Positions 63,151-64,000 of a DNA stretch of 64,000 bases are shown here, piece by piece. The notes under the pieces are model-generated. The model saw nothing but the letters and a program-made list of their open reading frames with translations, was not told the DNA's origin and did not search any database. The position numbers and the translations under genes were made by a program. The DNA is from Eledone cirrhosa (lineage: Eukaryota), in NCBI GenBank assembly GCA_964016885.1, contig OZ024749.1:37510001-37574000 (forward strand). The letters are read 5' to 3'. Each line of letters starts with the position of its first letter. Within the stretch, counting starts at the first letter, position 1.

Positions 63151-63284
63151 AATATGGTTTTATAAATATAGTTTCCATTTGTTAATATATTGTATATTTA
63201 CTCCACTAACTTGTTGAGTGCTTTATATCAGTTATAAACATTTTTTTTAAGCTTGTTGAATCCCAACAAATTAAATATAACCTC

Positions 63285-63351
<67 letters not shown>

Positions 63352-63353
63352 GT

Positions 63354-63420
<67 letters not shown>

Positions 63421-63524
63421 TTATATGTATATATATATATATTTGCATGCTGAATGTAAAATAACACTAACATATTAATACACAACATCACTAATGTATG
63501 GTAACATTCTTCTCTCTTTTACAG

Positions 63525-63637
63525 ATGCTGAACTAGATCGATTACAAAATCAACAGGCTGCTTTTACAGAATTACATCTACGGGGAGATTTGACCGCCAT
63601 CTACCGGGACAATTTGGCAGTTGTCGGAATGGGATAA
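63525..63637 (+). CDS. Putative terminal coding exon of an unidentified host gene: (D)AELDRLQNQQAAFTELHLRGDLTAIYRDNLAVVGMG*
   Basis: Polypyrimidine tract ttcttctctcttttacag ends at 63524, with a possible branch point ctaat at about 63491. A non-repetitive phase-1 frame of 36 codons ends in TAA at 63635-63637, with AATAAA about 35 nt downstream. Protein not recognised. Confidence 0.6.
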
Positions 63638-63746
63638 AACGAGAATGACCTCAACTATGTTAATTATGTTTAATAAATATCATTATAAAAAATACAAATA
63701 AATATGTATATATATTTATATACATCAAAACAGAATATACACCGAC

Positions 63747-63777
<31 letters not shown>

Positions 63778-63795
63778 TGTATGTATGTATGTATG

Positions 63796-63872
<77 letters not shown>

Positions 63873-63912
63873 ATATATATGTATATATATGTATATATAC
63901 ATACCTATATAC

Positions 63913-64000
<88 letters not shown>

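Larger units (their letters stand above)
62876..63289. mobile_element. Family B fold-back element (Penelope-like pLTR remnant) inside (TA)n
   Basis: Inverted arms at about 62876-63004 and 63064-63195, each with a hammerhead. The + arm has an extra ~95-nt tail containing ttgttgagtgc. (TA)n on both sides. Confidence 0.75.

Overview
Extremely AT-rich, microsatellite-saturated animal genomic DNA. The SINE families resemble those I recall from octopod cephalopods (inference, not a database result). Almost every ORF in the supplied track is an artefact of (TA)n/(CA)n/triplet repeats. The only credible host coding sequence is a short putative terminal exon at 63525-63637 (+). The rest is repeats: tRNA-derived SINEs, RTE-type LINE fragments, a non-autonomous Helitron, a Tc1/mariner relic with nested SINEs, a hAT-like MITE and composite minisatellites. 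The most striking signal is about 30 short (70-500 bp) non-coding inserts from at least 10 sequence families, mostly embedded in (TA)n tracts. Many are asymmetric fold-backs (short inverted arm, long arm, then a 60-130 nt tail). Many carry minimal type-I hammerhead ribozyme motifs with palindromic stem III, including non-canonical cores (UUGANAA, CAGAAGA, CUGAAUGA). The fold-back axis often lies at or next to the ribozyme, and unrelated tails share a short WGAGYDC motif. This fits remnants of Penelope-like retroelements or retrozyme-like derivatives targeting (TA)n. All folds were made by eye and coordinates are approximate to a few nt.
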